DNA from: Candidatus Bathyarchaeota archaeon
GTDB taxonomy: Archaea > Thermoproteota > Bathyarchaeia > 40CM-2-53-6
Length of the DNA: 64,000 nucleotides
NCBI GenBank assembly: GCA_963833125.1
Contig: CAWHWX010000007.1
Span: 1-64,000 of the forward strand
Direction: 5' to 3'
Part shown: positions 10,393-21,330 of the stretch, piece after piece
How positions within the stretch are numbered: the stretch's first letter is position 1
Layout of the letters: every line of letters begins with the position of its first letter
Translations under genes and position numbers: made by a program
The notes under the pieces: generated by a model
Databases searched by the model: none
The model's input: the letters and a program-made list of their open reading frames with translations, nothing else
What the model was told of the DNA's origin: nothing

Positions 10393-11382
10393 TCAGCCAG
10401 ATCTGCCTTCTAGGGTCAATTCCCGCCAAAAGTGGCAAGCCACATAATGCCCTTCCTCTACTTTTTCCAGGGGAGGCTCCTGTTTCATGCAAATGTCCTT
10501 CGCGTACTTGCACCGAGGATTAAATACGCATCCCGAAGGGGGTTCGATGAGATTGGGTATATTCCCAGGAATAACCTCGAGGGCCCGCGTTTGTTTGACG
10601 CTTGGTACAGCTTTGAGCAAGGCCTCCGTGTAGGGGTGCTTCGGAGAGTGGAACAACGTCGGCGTATCTGCAACTTCCATCACTTTGCCTGCGTAAAGAA
10701 CTGTGACGCGTTCCGTCATGTCAGCGATTATACCCATGTCGTGGGTAATCATGACCATCGTCATGTTCAATTCCCTTTGTAGCTGCTTCAACAATTCCAA
10801 GACCTGAGCTTGGATAGTGACGTCTAGGTTCGTTGTTGGTTCATCGGCGAACAGTAACACTGGTTCGCAAGAGAGGGCCCGGGCAATTGCAATGCGTTGC
10901 TTCATTCCGCCACTCAGTTCATGTGGGTACGCGTTCAGCCTCTTTTCTGGCTCTTGGATTCCTACGTGTTCAAGGAGGGAAAGGGCTCGTTTCGACGCAG
11001 CATCCTTCGTTAAGTCTCGGTGAAGCATCAAAATGTCTGTTAACTGTCTCTCCACTGTGAACACTGGGTTAAGAGATGTTGTGGGGTCCTGGAATACGAT
11101 CGCCATCTTTGGGCCGCGAAGTTTGCGCATTTCGTCATCCGATTTCGAAAGCAACTCTTCGCCCTCAAACTTTATTGATCCATCAACTATGCGGCCCGGT
11201 CTGGGCACGATGCGGAGCACGGACTGTGCAGTAACAGACTTGCCTGACCCTGATTCTCCTACAAGGCCCACTGCTTGTCCTTTGTTAACTTCGAGGGACA
11301 TCCCATCTAGAGCCTTCACTACACCCGCTTCAGTGAAAAAGTAGGTTCTGAGATTTGAGATCTCGAGGAGCTTTTCTGGCAA
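10393..11382 (-). CDS. oppD: Oligopeptide ABC transporter ATP-binding protein
   Basis: GESGSGKS, LSGGMKQRI, ADEPTTNLDV, HPYT. Confidence 0.93.
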   Translation of the reverse strand: MPEKLLEISNLRTYFFTEAGVVKALDGMSLEVNKGQAVGLVGESGSGKSVTAQSVLRIVPRPGRIVDGSIKFEGEELLSKSDDEMRKLRGPKMAIVFQDPTTSLNPVFTVERQLTDILMLHRDLTKDAASKRALSLLEHVGIQEPEKRLNAYPHELSGGMKQRIAIARALSCEPVLLFADEPTTNLDVTIQAQVLELLKQLQRELNMTMVMITHDMGIIADMTERVTVLYAGKVMEVADTPTLFHSPKHPYTEALLKAVPSVKQTRALEVIPGNIPNLIEPPSGCVFNPRCKYAKDICMKQEPPLEKVEEGHYVACHFWRELTLEGRSG

Positions 11383-11395
11383 TCGGGGTGCCTAC

Positions 11396-12286
11396 TCATT
11401 CACGGAGTCGTGGGTTGAGGGCGTCAGATAATCCATCACCCATTAGATTGAAACCCAAAACGCAAAAGACTACGGCCAAACCTGGGAAGAGTGAAACCCA
11501 CCAAGAGGTCCTTACGTAAGGGAACCCCTCATTCAAGAGAAGCCCCCACGTTGAAGTATTCGGGTCACCGAAGCCGAGAAAGCTCACGACAACCTCAGTC
11601 AATATGAAGCCTGCGATATTGAGTGTTGCAATCACGATGACTGGTGAGAGAATGTTTGGGACAATGTGACGAAAGAGAAGCCTGTAAGATCCTGCTCCCA
11701 GCGATCGTGCGGCTTGAACGAACTCCATTTCCTTCAACCTGAAGGTCTCCCCTCTGACAATGAAAGCGATACCCGACCAGCCAAAGAAGGCGAGTATGAG
11801 TACGATGAGCGTTAGTCCTAGGCCCTTGAAGACTAAGACTGAGAACACTCTTGCGAAGAGAAGAATGAGAAGGAGTACCGGAATCACAAAGAACATTTGT
11901 ATAAGTCCGAGCAATACGTCCGACACAACTCCTTTGAAGTAACCGGCCAACGCTCCTACCGCGACACCGATCAGTGTCGTTATGAGAGTCGCGGCGAGTC
12001 CGACGTATAGGTCATTCTTTGACGCGTGAATTGTTTCGCTGAACACATCTATTCCCGAATCCTCAACTCCGAATGGATGCTTGAATGATGGCGCACTCCC
12101 AGCGTCCCCCTCATACAAAGCCAGATAGCTTCGAGCAGGGTACGCAACCACAAATGGTCCTACCAACGCGACGACAACGAAGAAAATTACTATCGCACTA
12201 CCGATCAATCCTGACTTATTTCTTCGAAATCGACGCCAGGCTACGGCCCATTGACTCGCGCCGCGTTTATGAGTACTCTGCGACAA
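11396..12286 (-). CDS. oppC: Oligopeptide ABC transporter permease
   Basis: HPFG, EFVQAARSLGA (EAA loop), LSDALNPR. Confidence 0.92.
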   Translation of the reverse strand: MSQSTHKRGASQWAVAWRRFRRNKSGLIGSAIVIFFVVVALVGPFVVAYPARSYLALYEGDAGSAPSFKHPFGVEDSGIDVFSETIHASKNDLYVGLAATLITTLIGVAVGALAGYFKGVVSDVLLGLIQMFFVIPVLLLILLFARVFSVLVFKGLGLTLIVLILAFFGWSGIAFIVRGETFRLKEMEFVQAARSLGAGSYRLLFRHIVPNILSPVIVIATLNIAGFILTEVVVSFLGFGDPNTSTWGLLLNEGFPYVRTSWWVSLFPGLAVVFCVLGFNLMGDGLSDALNPRLRE

Positions 12287-12296
12287 CGAACCACGC

Positions 12297-13265
12297 TCAC
12301 TGCACTGTAACGCGCGGGTCGATCATGGCATACACAAGATCGGTTACTAAGTTGGCGATCAGCACCATTACTGTTATGACGATAGTTATCCCCTCTACAA
12401 GTGGTATGTCTAACGTGAGCGCGGCTTGTGTGAACGCTAGACCGAGACCTGGCCATGAAAAGACGGTCTCCGTAGCAGGGGCGCCGCCAAGCGCCGCGCC
12501 GAATCCGAGCCCAATGATCGTGACTACGGGACTGATCGCATTTCTAAGAGCGTATCTGTAAGTAACGGTTCGTTCACTAAGCCCACTCGCGCGGGCTGCT
12601 AAGATGTAATCCTGTCGCATAACCTCGAGCATATTGGCCCTGACGAGGCGAACTATGGTCGCCAAACTCACGTAGGTAAGAACCGCTGTAGGGAGAATCA
12701 GGTGGGCTAACCAGTCAAGGGCACTGTTACCCCACCATAAACTGCTCACACTAGCTGCCCCACTGCTAGGCAACCAACCAAGGTCTAACGAGAAAATTAC
12801 GATAAGCATAATGCCTAACCAGAATGTTGGCATCGAAAACCCGAAAATCGCCGAGGTCGTTATCGCGTAATCGGCCTTGGAATACTGATGCTTTGCAGAG
12901 AACACACCGACCGGTATCCCTATGACAACCGCCAGCATCAACGAAAGAATCTGCAGTTCCAACGTGGTAAACGTCCACGGCCCAATCTGGGAGATAACTG
13001 GTCTTCCCGATATCGACACGCCGAGATTTCCATGTATAAGATCCCACAACCAATACAAGAAACGTTCCCAAACTGGCTGGTCTAGATGGTAGTAAGCCGT
13101 TAGCGCCTTCATTACCGCCGGATTGGGGTTTCTCAGTCCAGCACGGATCAGATCTATCGGATTCCCTGCGGCATTACCTACGGCAAACGTCAGAATAGCC
13201 ACTCCGAGAAAAACAGGGATCATGAAAAGGCAGCGGCGAATTACGTATCGGATTAGGCTCGCCAT
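12297..13265 (-). CDS. oppB: Oligopeptide ABC transporter permease
   Basis: GNLGVS, PTFWLG, QDYILAARASGL, ETVFSWPGLG, IDPRV. Confidence 0.92.
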   Translation of the reverse strand: MASLIRYVIRRCLFMIPVFLGVAILTFAVGNAAGNPIDLIRAGLRNPNPAVMKALTAYYHLDQPVWERFLYWLWDLIHGNLGVSISGRPVISQIGPWTFTTLELQILSLMLAVVIGIPVGVFSAKHQYSKADYAITTSAIFGFSMPTFWLGIMLIVIFSLDLGWLPSSGAASVSSLWWGNSALDWLAHLILPTAVLTYVSLATIVRLVRANMLEVMRQDYILAARASGLSERTVTYRYALRNAISPVVTIIGLGFGAALGGAPATETVFSWPGLGLAFTQAALTLDIPLVEGITIVITVMVLIANLVTDLVYAMIDPRVTVQ

Positions 13266-13485
13266 GTCCTATCCTTACATCGGGAATGCGCGACTGTCAA
13301 GCAATTAACGTTTGCGTTTTCCCGGGATCGCTAGGAAATCAATGCGTTGGGCGTACCCGAAGTGTAGTAGCGAACAGGACTCCTTTGACGGCGTCCAGGT
13401 ACTTTTGTGGATGATTAACCTCACCAATGAACTTAACGGAAGCTTTTGTGGGAAAGCCTAAATACAGTTCTAACTCAGCTTCAAC

Positions 13486-15909
13486 TTGCGTGAAATGAAA
13501 ATGTCTAACAAATCTCTAAAGTACATAATTCAAGGCATATCCTTAGCACTTCTAATCTACGTTACTGCATCATCAGCAGTTCCGGTTCTGTTCAGCAATG
13601 CGTACGCTCAAACGCCGACCCTGTTTCCGGTTACTTTGATTGCGCCAACTGGTGGAAACTCCGTGCGCAGGCAATACTCGAGCATCATAACTAGCAACAT
13701 GATCTCCGTCGGAATCGATGCGAAGCTGTTCTACGTGAACTTCGACCAGCTCGTGAATCGAATGTTCGCCCTCACAGCCTCGCCGGGATCGTCCTTCAAT
13801 CAAGGTGGATACGACATCGGATTCATTGGATGGGGCTACACGGCCTTCGTTCCCGATTTTCGTGCAAACTTTGACGGAAGACCAGCATACGCTCCACCCA
13901 GCGGGAACAATTATGCGTATTACAACAGTCCTACTGTGAACGGCATTTTTGACAAGCTGTACAGCACCACGGACACGGCGACACAGATTCAATTGACTCA
14001 CCAATTTCAAGAACAGGTGTTCAACGACGCTCCATACAATTACGTATTCGAGGCCATTGACCCGGTTCCAAGAGCTTCCAAGTTCTCAGCGTGGGGAAAC
14101 TCCACTCAATACAGTGAAGTCACCTTCCCCGACGTTCAACATTGGAGCGGCGGAAACAGCCTTACCATGGCTGAAGCAGCCAACATCTTCCCCGGCAACA
14201 ACCTAAACCCGGCAGTTACAGCCTCCTCGAACAGCTTCTACGCTCTCTACGTGTATGGTAACATTATGGGCGGGTCGTTGCAGGAAGCTGATCCACGGTG
14301 CAGCTGCTACATACCAGGTACAGCGACAAACATCACCTCCAGTCCCGACGGAACAACTTGGACTGTAAACATAAAGCCAGGCGTGATGTTCCAAGATGGC
14401 GTTGAAGCTACTGCGGACGACTTCGTGTTTACGCAGTACGCGCTAACAAACCCAGGCACAGCAAGTACTGGCTTGGGCAGCAACGTGCAATACTTGGGCA
14501 GCAAGGTTTCGTTCAAATTCCTGAACGGTACCGTGCGTGTTGACGACAATACTGGTCCGGGAGTTGCTGAGACGGATGGTTGGTGGAATGCTACTAGCCG
14601 ATATCAATTCCAATTCCACTTGCCTGCAGTCTACGCTTTCACACCTGCCACCTACGCGGCTTTCGCACCATTCCCCATGCACATTATGGAGAAGTTCCCC
14701 TTCTCGACATGGGATAGCGCACCATTCAGTACAGCCAGCGGACCCTACACCTATACTTGGAATACTCAGCAGTATGGTGGTCCGGGCAGCTACACTGCCA
14801 CCGGTCCGGTGGGTGCGGGCGCGTATGAGTTGCAAAGCTACGACTTCACAAACAACATCGCAACCCTAACCAAATTCCCAGGATACTGGAACGCCACCGG
14901 CCTACAATCCCTCGGCCAATTCACAGTCAACACATACAAGGTTCAGTGGATTAGCAGCAAAGACGCTGCAATCGCAGCTCTGAAGAATGGGCAAGTAGAC
15001 CTCTTAGATTACAACTACGGTCTCGCTAAAGACAAGGCAACGCTTCAAGCCATCCCCAACGTCAACGTCATCACGGCAACTGAGCTGGGCTGGCAGGAGA
15101 TGGGATTCAACATGAACAACCCAGTCTTCGGCACAGGAACAGCTACACCCGCCGGACAGAGCAATCCATCTAACGCTGCTGGAGCGGCACGTGATATCCG
15201 TAAAGCGATTAGTCACATGATTCCACGTGACCTGATCGTAAGCTCACTCCTGAACGGAGCCGGATATTCTCTTGCTAGTTTCCTCGGCCCAGGATGGGGA
15301 GTCTGGTACGACCCAACCTTAACACCCGACACCTACGACTTGAACGCCGCAGCCTCACTTCTACAACAAGCCGGCTACACCGTCAGCGTCACACCACCAG
15401 CTCCAATAGCTGAGGCGGGAAGCCCAATGCTGGGTAGTGGTTCAGTAACCATATCCGGTACAGGCCCAGTCGCCAGCATGTTGGTGATGGTTCAGCAAAG
15501 CACTGATGGTGGTAACACTTGGACTGATTTCGCTCCACTCTTAACCGACAATTCCAGCCGATATCAAACCTCAGTACCAGCTCCACCCGCTTTCGGCTCG
15601 GTATGGTATCGAGCGAACTTCACTGGCATAGTCCCAACACCCAGCATAGTGGCTGGAATCCAGAACGGCACAATTACGCTCAACGAGATGGAATATCAAC
15701 AACTAACCAGCAACAGCACCAACTGGCTCAACCATAGAGTCCTATGGATCCCACCACCCGGCCAAACACAAACCACCGACCCAGTCACCGTCTCATCCGC
15801 GTCTACCGACGCAACGGTTGTAGCCGTACCGATCGTGATAATCGTTGCAATCGTAGGCGTAGCCCTCTGGATGCGAAGCCGCAAGAAAAAATCAACCACT
15901 GCAAAGTAG
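13486..15909 (+). CDS. oppA: Family-5 ABC solute-binding protein, circularly permuted, with C-terminal TM anchor
   Basis: SPDGTTWTVNIKPGVMFQDG..TADDFVFT, GAGAY, RKAISHMI, YDLNAAASLLQQAGY; signal peptide; C-terminal TM plus RSRKKK; the true start may be a downstream ATG (13495 or 13501). Confidence 0.88.
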   Translation: MREMKMSNKSLKYIIQGISLALLIYVTASSAVPVLFSNAYAQTPTLFPVTLIAPTGGNSVRRQYSSIITSNMISVGIDAKLFYVNFDQLVNRMFALTASPGSSFNQGGYDIGFIGWGYTAFVPDFRANFDGRPAYAPPSGNNYAYYNSPTVNGIFDKLYSTTDTATQIQLTHQFQEQVFNDAPYNYVFEAIDPVPRASKFSAWGNSTQYSEVTFPDVQHWSGGNSLTMAEAANIFPGNNLNPAVTASSNSFYALYVYGNIMGGSLQEADPRCSCYIPGTATNITSSPDGTTWTVNIKPGVMFQDGVEATADDFVFTQYALTNPGTASTGLGSNVQYLGSKVSFKFLNGTVRVDDNTGPGVAETDGWWNATSRYQFQFHLPAVYAFTPATYAAFAPFPMHIMEKFPFSTWDSAPFSTASGPYTYTWNTQQYGGPGSYTATGPVGAGAYELQSYDFTNNIATLTKFPGYWNATGLQSLGQFTVNTYKVQWISSKDAAIAALKNGQVDLLDYNYGLAKDKATLQAIPNVNVITATELGWQEMGFNMNNPVFGTGTATPAGQSNPSNAAGAARDIRKAISHMIPRDLIVSSLLNGAGYSLASFLGPGWGVWYDPTLTPDTYDLNAAASLLQQAGYTVSVTPPAPIAEAGSPMLGSGSVTISGTGPVASMLVMVQQSTDGGNTWTDFAPLLTDNSSRYQTSVPAPPAFGSVWYRANFTGIVPTPSIVAGIQNGTITLNEMEYQQLTSNSTNWLNHRVLWIPPPGQTQTTDPVTVSSASTDATVVAVPIVIIVAIVGVALWMRSRKKKSTTAK

Positions 15910-15918
15910 TTAGAATCT

Positions 15919-15955
15919 GCGCTTGGAGGAAACCCTCCGGCGCTCCCCTGTTTTT
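15919..15955 (+). terminator. Hairpin plus T-tract after oppA
   Basis: GCGCTTGGAGG-AAAC-CCTCCGGCGC followed by TTTTT, between convergent genes. Confidence 0.55.
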
Positions 15956-15967
15956 CTCCGTTTCTGC

Positions 15968-16342
15968 TTAAGGCCCAGCATAAATTGCCAAGGCTATCAG
16001 TATCAATAGTAGGGTGACGCCACATAGGAAGAACACTGCCGCCTTCTTCTCAGCCTCCTTGTGAGTCGAGGAGGAATACTCCTGTTTAGAACCAAAGATC
16101 ACCTTCCTGAATTGAACGGCCCCTACTGACGAATAGAAGTCCAACAGTCCCGCTAAGAGGAATAGGACGGCAACTTCGATGAGCATCGAGTCGCCTACGG
16201 TTTCGATAAAGCTGTAGCTCAGAAACGTTAGCCCGTACGATGCAAGGCCGTCGGCGACGAGAAGCACTCCGGTAATCCGCAACGACCTGCCTAAGATGCT
16301 AAGAAACGTTAACATAACAGCCGTTCCAAATCGAATACTCAT
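15968..16342 (-). CDS. Hypothetical multi-pass membrane protein
   Basis: Three hydrophobic segments; start uncertain. Confidence 0.55.
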   Translation of the reverse strand: MSIRFGTAVMLTFLSILGRSLRITGVLLVADGLASYGLTFLSYSFIETVGDSMLIEVAVLFLLAGLLDFYSSVGAVQFRKVIFGSKQEYSSSTHKEAEKKAAVFFLCGVTLLLILIALAIYAGP

Positions 16343-16369
16343 ACTAGGAATTAAGCTCGTGCTCAATAG

Positions 16370-17323
16370 TTGGCATCAAGAAAACGAAGCGAGTCGAAGA
16401 GAGCCGACCCACGCCGATGGCGAACATATTCGTTTCTTGGCACGTTCGCAGTTATCATCATAGTCATAGGAGCCTCATATTACCAGACCCTTCCTGCGGT
16501 AGAACACATTCCAAGCTCCTTCGTGTTCAACTCCCAAGAATGGATGCCGTACGTTCCCGCCGACGCCGAGTTCGTGGGGTACATAAATTATCAACAAGCC
16601 TACTTTGTAACCGGTAACTCATCTCTATTTGGTGAGAACGCGCTAGTACAATTACCTCAGTTGGGGTTCTCGATTATTCCACTAGACATAACGTATGAGG
16701 TGGCAATTCAATTGCCCGAACCTAAGTACAGCGGGTCTGCGATATTGGTTCAGGTATCTGAAGGTAAACAAGCAAGTCTCTCGCAAGAACTAGCTTCGGC
16801 TAACCTAACCAAGGTCCATCCGCCCTTCATTTATGATGGATTTGCGCTCTATACGCTGCTGATGGAAGAGATCGGGGACAAGAGCGCGAACCCCGGCTAC
16901 CTGGCCGTTGTCAATCATCACATTATTCTCAGTAACGACCAAACTACAGGCCTGCAGAATGTACAGGCGATTCTCGATCAGATAAGTTCGGGCCGAGGAA
17001 GCCTATTCGATGATGTCACGGTGAGAAGAAGCGTGTACGCGACTGGGGTTACCGACCAGAGTTACGTAGCGCTATTTGTTGGCCGATTTCCAACCCAGCT
17101 TAACGATACCGTGATGGCAACGAAATCGATAATCGGAAACGGGGATTCTATCCAAGTATCTCGTGCGCTACTTTTTCCCTCATCGGACGTCGCCCTGCAG
17201 CGCTTGGCGCAGGCTCGTCAAGTCTATAGGAACGCCGACAGTTACCGAATACTCGATTCATGGCTGGTTGTGACCTATACTTATCCCCCAGCGAGAATAC
17301 AAAGCGAAATAGTCGGCATATAA
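16370..17323 (+). CDS. Hypothetical membrane-anchored extracellular protein
   Basis: Basic N-terminus, one TM, ~280 aa soluble domain; intact ORF. Confidence 0.65.
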   Translation: MASRKRSESKRADPRRWRTYSFLGTFAVIIIVIGASYYQTLPAVEHIPSSFVFNSQEWMPYVPADAEFVGYINYQQAYFVTGNSSLFGENALVQLPQLGFSIIPLDITYEVAIQLPEPKYSGSAILVQVSEGKQASLSQELASANLTKVHPPFIYDGFALYTLLMEEIGDKSANPGYLAVVNHHIILSNDQTTGLQNVQAILDQISSGRGSLFDDVTVRRSVYATGVTDQSYVALFVGRFPTQLNDTVMATKSIIGNGDSIQVSRALLFPSSDVALQRLAQARQVYRNADSYRILDSWLVVTYTYPPARIQSEIVGI

Positions 17324-17392
17324 TTACACATGTACACGTGAAACGACAGGTTCTTAATGCGATGCTCACACGAATAGTGATGAGCTGTCCAG

Positions 17393-19141
17393 ATGCCCAA
17401 GGCGTTTGTCGCCCTCCTAGCTTTCACCATTGCTTTGTTAACCATGTTTCCGGTCACTACCGGAGCACAAAGCTACGTCAGGACTTCGACGGCTTCACCG
17501 GCCGACTTGCAAACCAAAGTATTCCAAGACACAGATGGAAACGTCCATGTGCTATGGCTCGTGCCCGCGGGCAACACTTCGCTAGCTGGGCCAGGCATAT
17601 GGTACAGCAAGTACAGTCCAAACGGAACAGACGCAATCCCACCCACTAGGATCACCAACAGTACGACTATTCAATCAGCCGACTTAGCCGTAGACAATCA
17701 CGAGAACGCCATAATAGTATGGGCTGATGAGACCGGCTTTACACCCATTGCATCCTCAACCCTTTACCTTCTTCACTTCAACTCAACTTCTCCGCAGAGA
17801 ATTCAGATTCTTGTCACCCATGGATCGTTTATCCTATGGCCCTCCTTGGCACCAGACGGCAACGACACAATTTACATGACATGGACTGAATACGACCCAA
17901 CCACGGCCCATGCACTTGTTGAGTATGGTTGGATAGTGTCGAACACGTTCGCCGAACTGAAACTTATTGCGTCGTACAATAATGCGACTGCGTTCCCTCC
18001 GAAAGCACGAGTGGTCTTCGATAATTCCTCTAGACATCTGCAGGTGGCTTGGGGAGAGAGCCAGGCCGACGGCCAACTCGGTTCGACGGTCAACTACGCG
18101 AAACTTGGACCGAATGGCACTCTTCTGACGAATCTACAAGTAGCTCGTTTTGAGGACACCCTGCGAGACGTGTCCATCACACCACTCTCGGGACAAGACG
18201 GAGCTTTCGTCATATGGCAGACACAAACGTCTAATGAATCGGTATATGTTTCACAAATATCTCCGCGCGGCCAACTCGTATACCTGAAGCAACTGAATTA
18301 CACGACAGGACAATCAAAGTATCTTGCGGTATCTACTGACTTGCAAGACAATCTTTACGTCGTTTGGTATGAGCCATCAATACCTACACAATCGATAACC
18401 GCAACGACACAACCCGTCACTAATGTGACCTATCTTCGAATGAACCTTGACGGAGACGTCATACAGACTGGCAACGCGGCGTTTAGCGCACCCATAATCG
18501 GAGTCACCGTGCTAAGCGATGGAAGCTTATACGGAGTTTCCCCAAACGGTCTGGTGAGGGTCACTACACCAACATACCAAAACAACCCATTGGTGTTACT
18601 CGCTGCGCTCGCAGTTCGTAGGAAGCGTTGGGTTCGCAGGATCTGCTTGGATTGAAGAAAGCCGTTACAAATGGCTCTCGCTTTGTTCTGCGGTTACGAC
18701 ACGTCTCTTCAGAAGAAGACGTGCAACAGATGAAGATGTTGTCCATCTCTTGGCGCGAAAGCCCGGGCTAACCCGCGAGACATTACCCGACTTGACGACA
18801 AGGAAACGATTGGGATGAGGACGTTAGTCGCGCTTGAGAAGGCTGGCTCAATATCATCCTTCAGGGACGGATTGTCTCGGAGGTTCTACGTTAAGCCGAC
18901 CGAAAATGGTTCAGTTGATACGTTGCGGACACGAATCATGCTCTGGGTGCTTGATCACCCTGGAATATGGGAGGCGCAACTCGCGAAAGATCTTGGGCTA
19001 AGCCAGCAAATAGTCCATTACCACCTAAAGAAACTCAGGGACTCGAAATTGATAACGATGAAAGTTGGCTCAGATGACGGCCGGAAACTCTACCACTTCG
19101 CCGACAGTGCCACAGTCAAACACCCCTCTCCAGATTGGTAA
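17393..19141 (+). CDS. Extracellular beta-propeller-like domain, TM and C-terminal winged-helix HTH; probably one frameshifted gene
   Basis: Repeats DTDGNVHVLW, DNHENAIIVW, DGNDTIYMTW, DLQDNLYVVW; downstream ORF has HPGIWEAQLAKDLGLSQQIVHYHLKKL (wHTH). Confidence 0.6.
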
Positions 19142-19185
19142 AGTAAGATCGTTACCAAGACTCTAACTACGAAATAACCCAGTTA

Positions 19186-19969
19186 TCATGAACGGATTAT
19201 GCCCAATCTGCTCCCAATCAGACACTTATTCCGATTCAACTTGGCAAGTTTGCTGCGGGCGGAATTATCCAAGGTCACAGAGGCACCTCGGATCAATACT
19301 GCTCCTACCCGCTCTGCTGCTTCGCCCATCAGCATATGGGACATGGCTGCTAAGTCGTCAGCCACATCTGTCTGAGTGACCTTGATCGTTCTTCCAAACA
19401 GATCCGATTTTTTCCGGCTATCAAGCACCGGAAGGAACCCCGAGATCCCAATGGCCAAACCAACTGTTCCTAAGCGCAGGGGCGTTACGTGACTATCCAC
19501 TATTTCCACACCGATTCGAGTCTTATACCTGCGTTCCAGATGTGACCGCAACCTTTGAGCGGACTCATCTGGGTTTAGTGGCCAGAGGGTCGCGGTTCCT
19601 GGGGGGGAGTTCTTTAGATCCACGCCTGCGTTTGGTGTCAAGGTTCCGTTCTTTATTGTTAGCAGAAATCCGGGGACACCACCAAGGATCTCGTCAGCCT
19701 CACTCAATACAACTTCTGCCAGGCGTCGATCCATCTTCCACTTACGCCGCCAATCTTTCCGCAGTAGATGACACCCGCACGTCCCCGAGTTTTACTATTC
19801 GTCCTTCGCAGGTAGACACGACCTTACTCGCTACAGCGACAACATCTCCAGGTTGTAGTTTCAGTCCAGATTTCTCAAGTGACGTTTCTATGACCGAGTT
19901 TAGGTTTCGGCCGACGCCTACGATTGGTAACCGAAGCGAGATTAATCTTAGCGGAAGGTTGCGGACCAA
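19186..19969 (-). CDS. cofE: Coenzyme F420-0:L-glutamate ligase, frameshifted near 19740
   Basis: GDVVAVASKVVS, PNAGVDLKN, IVDSH..PLRLG, DLFGR, ADDLA...MGEAAE. Confidence 0.88.
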
Positions 19970-20022
19970 ATCAGGTCAATGATCACAGACAATTCCCTAG
20001 TGTGTCGTAGAGCCCTATGATT

Positions 20023-20655
20023 TCATACCATACGGTTGAGCAACGCTACGATTGCCGGTCCTCGGTTTCCCAACTCGCCCCGGCTGGTGTACGTTCGCTT
20101 TATGGTGCCTTCAAAGCCTCCCGAGGGTGGATGCAATCTAAACACTGGGTTGAGGCCCCCTTGCCGCAATGTTCGAAGATTAACTCTTCCTTTGGCCAAG
20201 GCGGACGCTAAGTCTTGGATTGTCGCTTCGCCGAACTTTTTCTTTACCGTCTCGTCCGTCATAGGTGCGCCTCCCGAGAATTCGCCTCGTTCTCTAAACA
20301 ACATCGCAAGATCGTTAGTGCTGACATCACCCCATGTGACATAGTCCTTCACTTTCCTCAGCATTCCAATGCTTTCAGGCTTATTTTCAACCAGGACCGC
20401 GTTGAACTTTCCTTTCAGGTGTAGGGTCGTCAAGGCTGTTCCAAGACTATATGGAGTCCCAAATTCTCCCTTTAGCCTAATCGCCAAGAGGTAGGTCTTC
20501 TCAGCCGCTGGACTCTCTTTCGTTATTGGCGGTTGAGGCGATGGAGCCTCTGCTGGTTTCTTAGTTGGCGTTAGACGCCTTTTCGCTGCATGAGGCTTTG
20601 CAGCAGTCTTTCGCGCGGTTTTCGGCTTTGCTTTTCTTTTCGTAGTTGTGCTCAA
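20023..20655 (-). CDS. rpl30: 50S ribosomal protein uL30 with K/A/P-rich N-terminal extension
   Basis: GMLRKVKDYVTWG, FRLHPPSGGF, GELGNRG. Confidence 0.93.
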   Translation of the reverse strand: MSTTTKRKAKPKTARKTAAKPHAAKRRLTPTKKPAEAPSPQPPITKESPAAEKTYLLAIRLKGEFGTPYSLGTALTTLHLKGKFNAVLVENKPESIGMLRKVKDYVTWGDVSTNDLAMLFRERGEFSGGAPMTDETVKKKFGEATIQDLASALAKGRVNLRTLRQGGLNPVFRLHPPSGGFEGTIKRTYTSRGELGNRGPAIVALLNRMV

Positions 20656-21251
20656 TTACCCGGCGCCTCTGTCTTTCCTTTTATTTTTGCTTGAACCTGT
20701 TCGAAATGAGTTGACAGGTCTTCAGGTTTCAGCTTCTGTTTTAGATATGATGAGAACATTTTCTTGTAGAGTTCGGTTTCTGAACCTAGTTTTTTCGAGT
20801 AGTCCACGACATGTTTTCCCTGTATGCGTTCTTTGCTTGCGAATGCCTTTTCGTCATGCGGAACGCTCAGGCCTGCTTCAACTGCGCCTTTTGCGGCTGC
20901 GAACAATCGAGAACCAGGCCCTCGTGAGTGAAGCCCAATATCCAAAATGGCTTCTGATACGCCGTTTGCCTTGGCCCTTTGCCCTGCCAAGAGTCCCGTC
21001 AGATATGCGGCTGGCAGGTTGCCACATGGTGCTTTCCAACCAAATTCTTTCAGTTCGGATGAATGTGCGCTTGCAAGTATCCGATCTCCATCTGCCTGCG
21101 CTCGCACCAATTGAGCTGCGACATGTTTGTTTGAGGGACGTACGACAAGCCTTGTCATTCCGGATGTAACAAGCTTCCTGCGCTTTCCGTAGTTAGTTCT
21201 CCCCTCACGTCGACGCCGGAATGGCAGATTATACTGGGGGCCTTTCGCCAT
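20652..21251 (-). CDS. rpl18: 50S ribosomal protein uL18
   Basis: RRRREGRTNYGKR, GNLPAAYLTG, ILDIGL. Confidence 0.96.
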   Translation of the reverse strand: MAKGPQYNLPFRRRREGRTNYGKRRKLVTSGMTRLVVRPSNKHVAAQLVRAQADGDRILASAHSSELKEFGWKAPCGNLPAAYLTGLLAGQRAKANGVSEAILDIGLHSRGPGSRLFAAAKGAVEAGLSVPHDEKAFASKERIQGKHVVDYSKKLGSETELYKKMFSSYLKQKLKPEDLSTHFEQVQAKIKGKTEAPGN

Positions 21252-21330
21252 TTTTCCTGTACTTCTCCCTCATTTGACGAAGTATACGCAAACTCTGGAT
21301 GTGAAATAAAGAGTTTCCAAATTCACGCGG

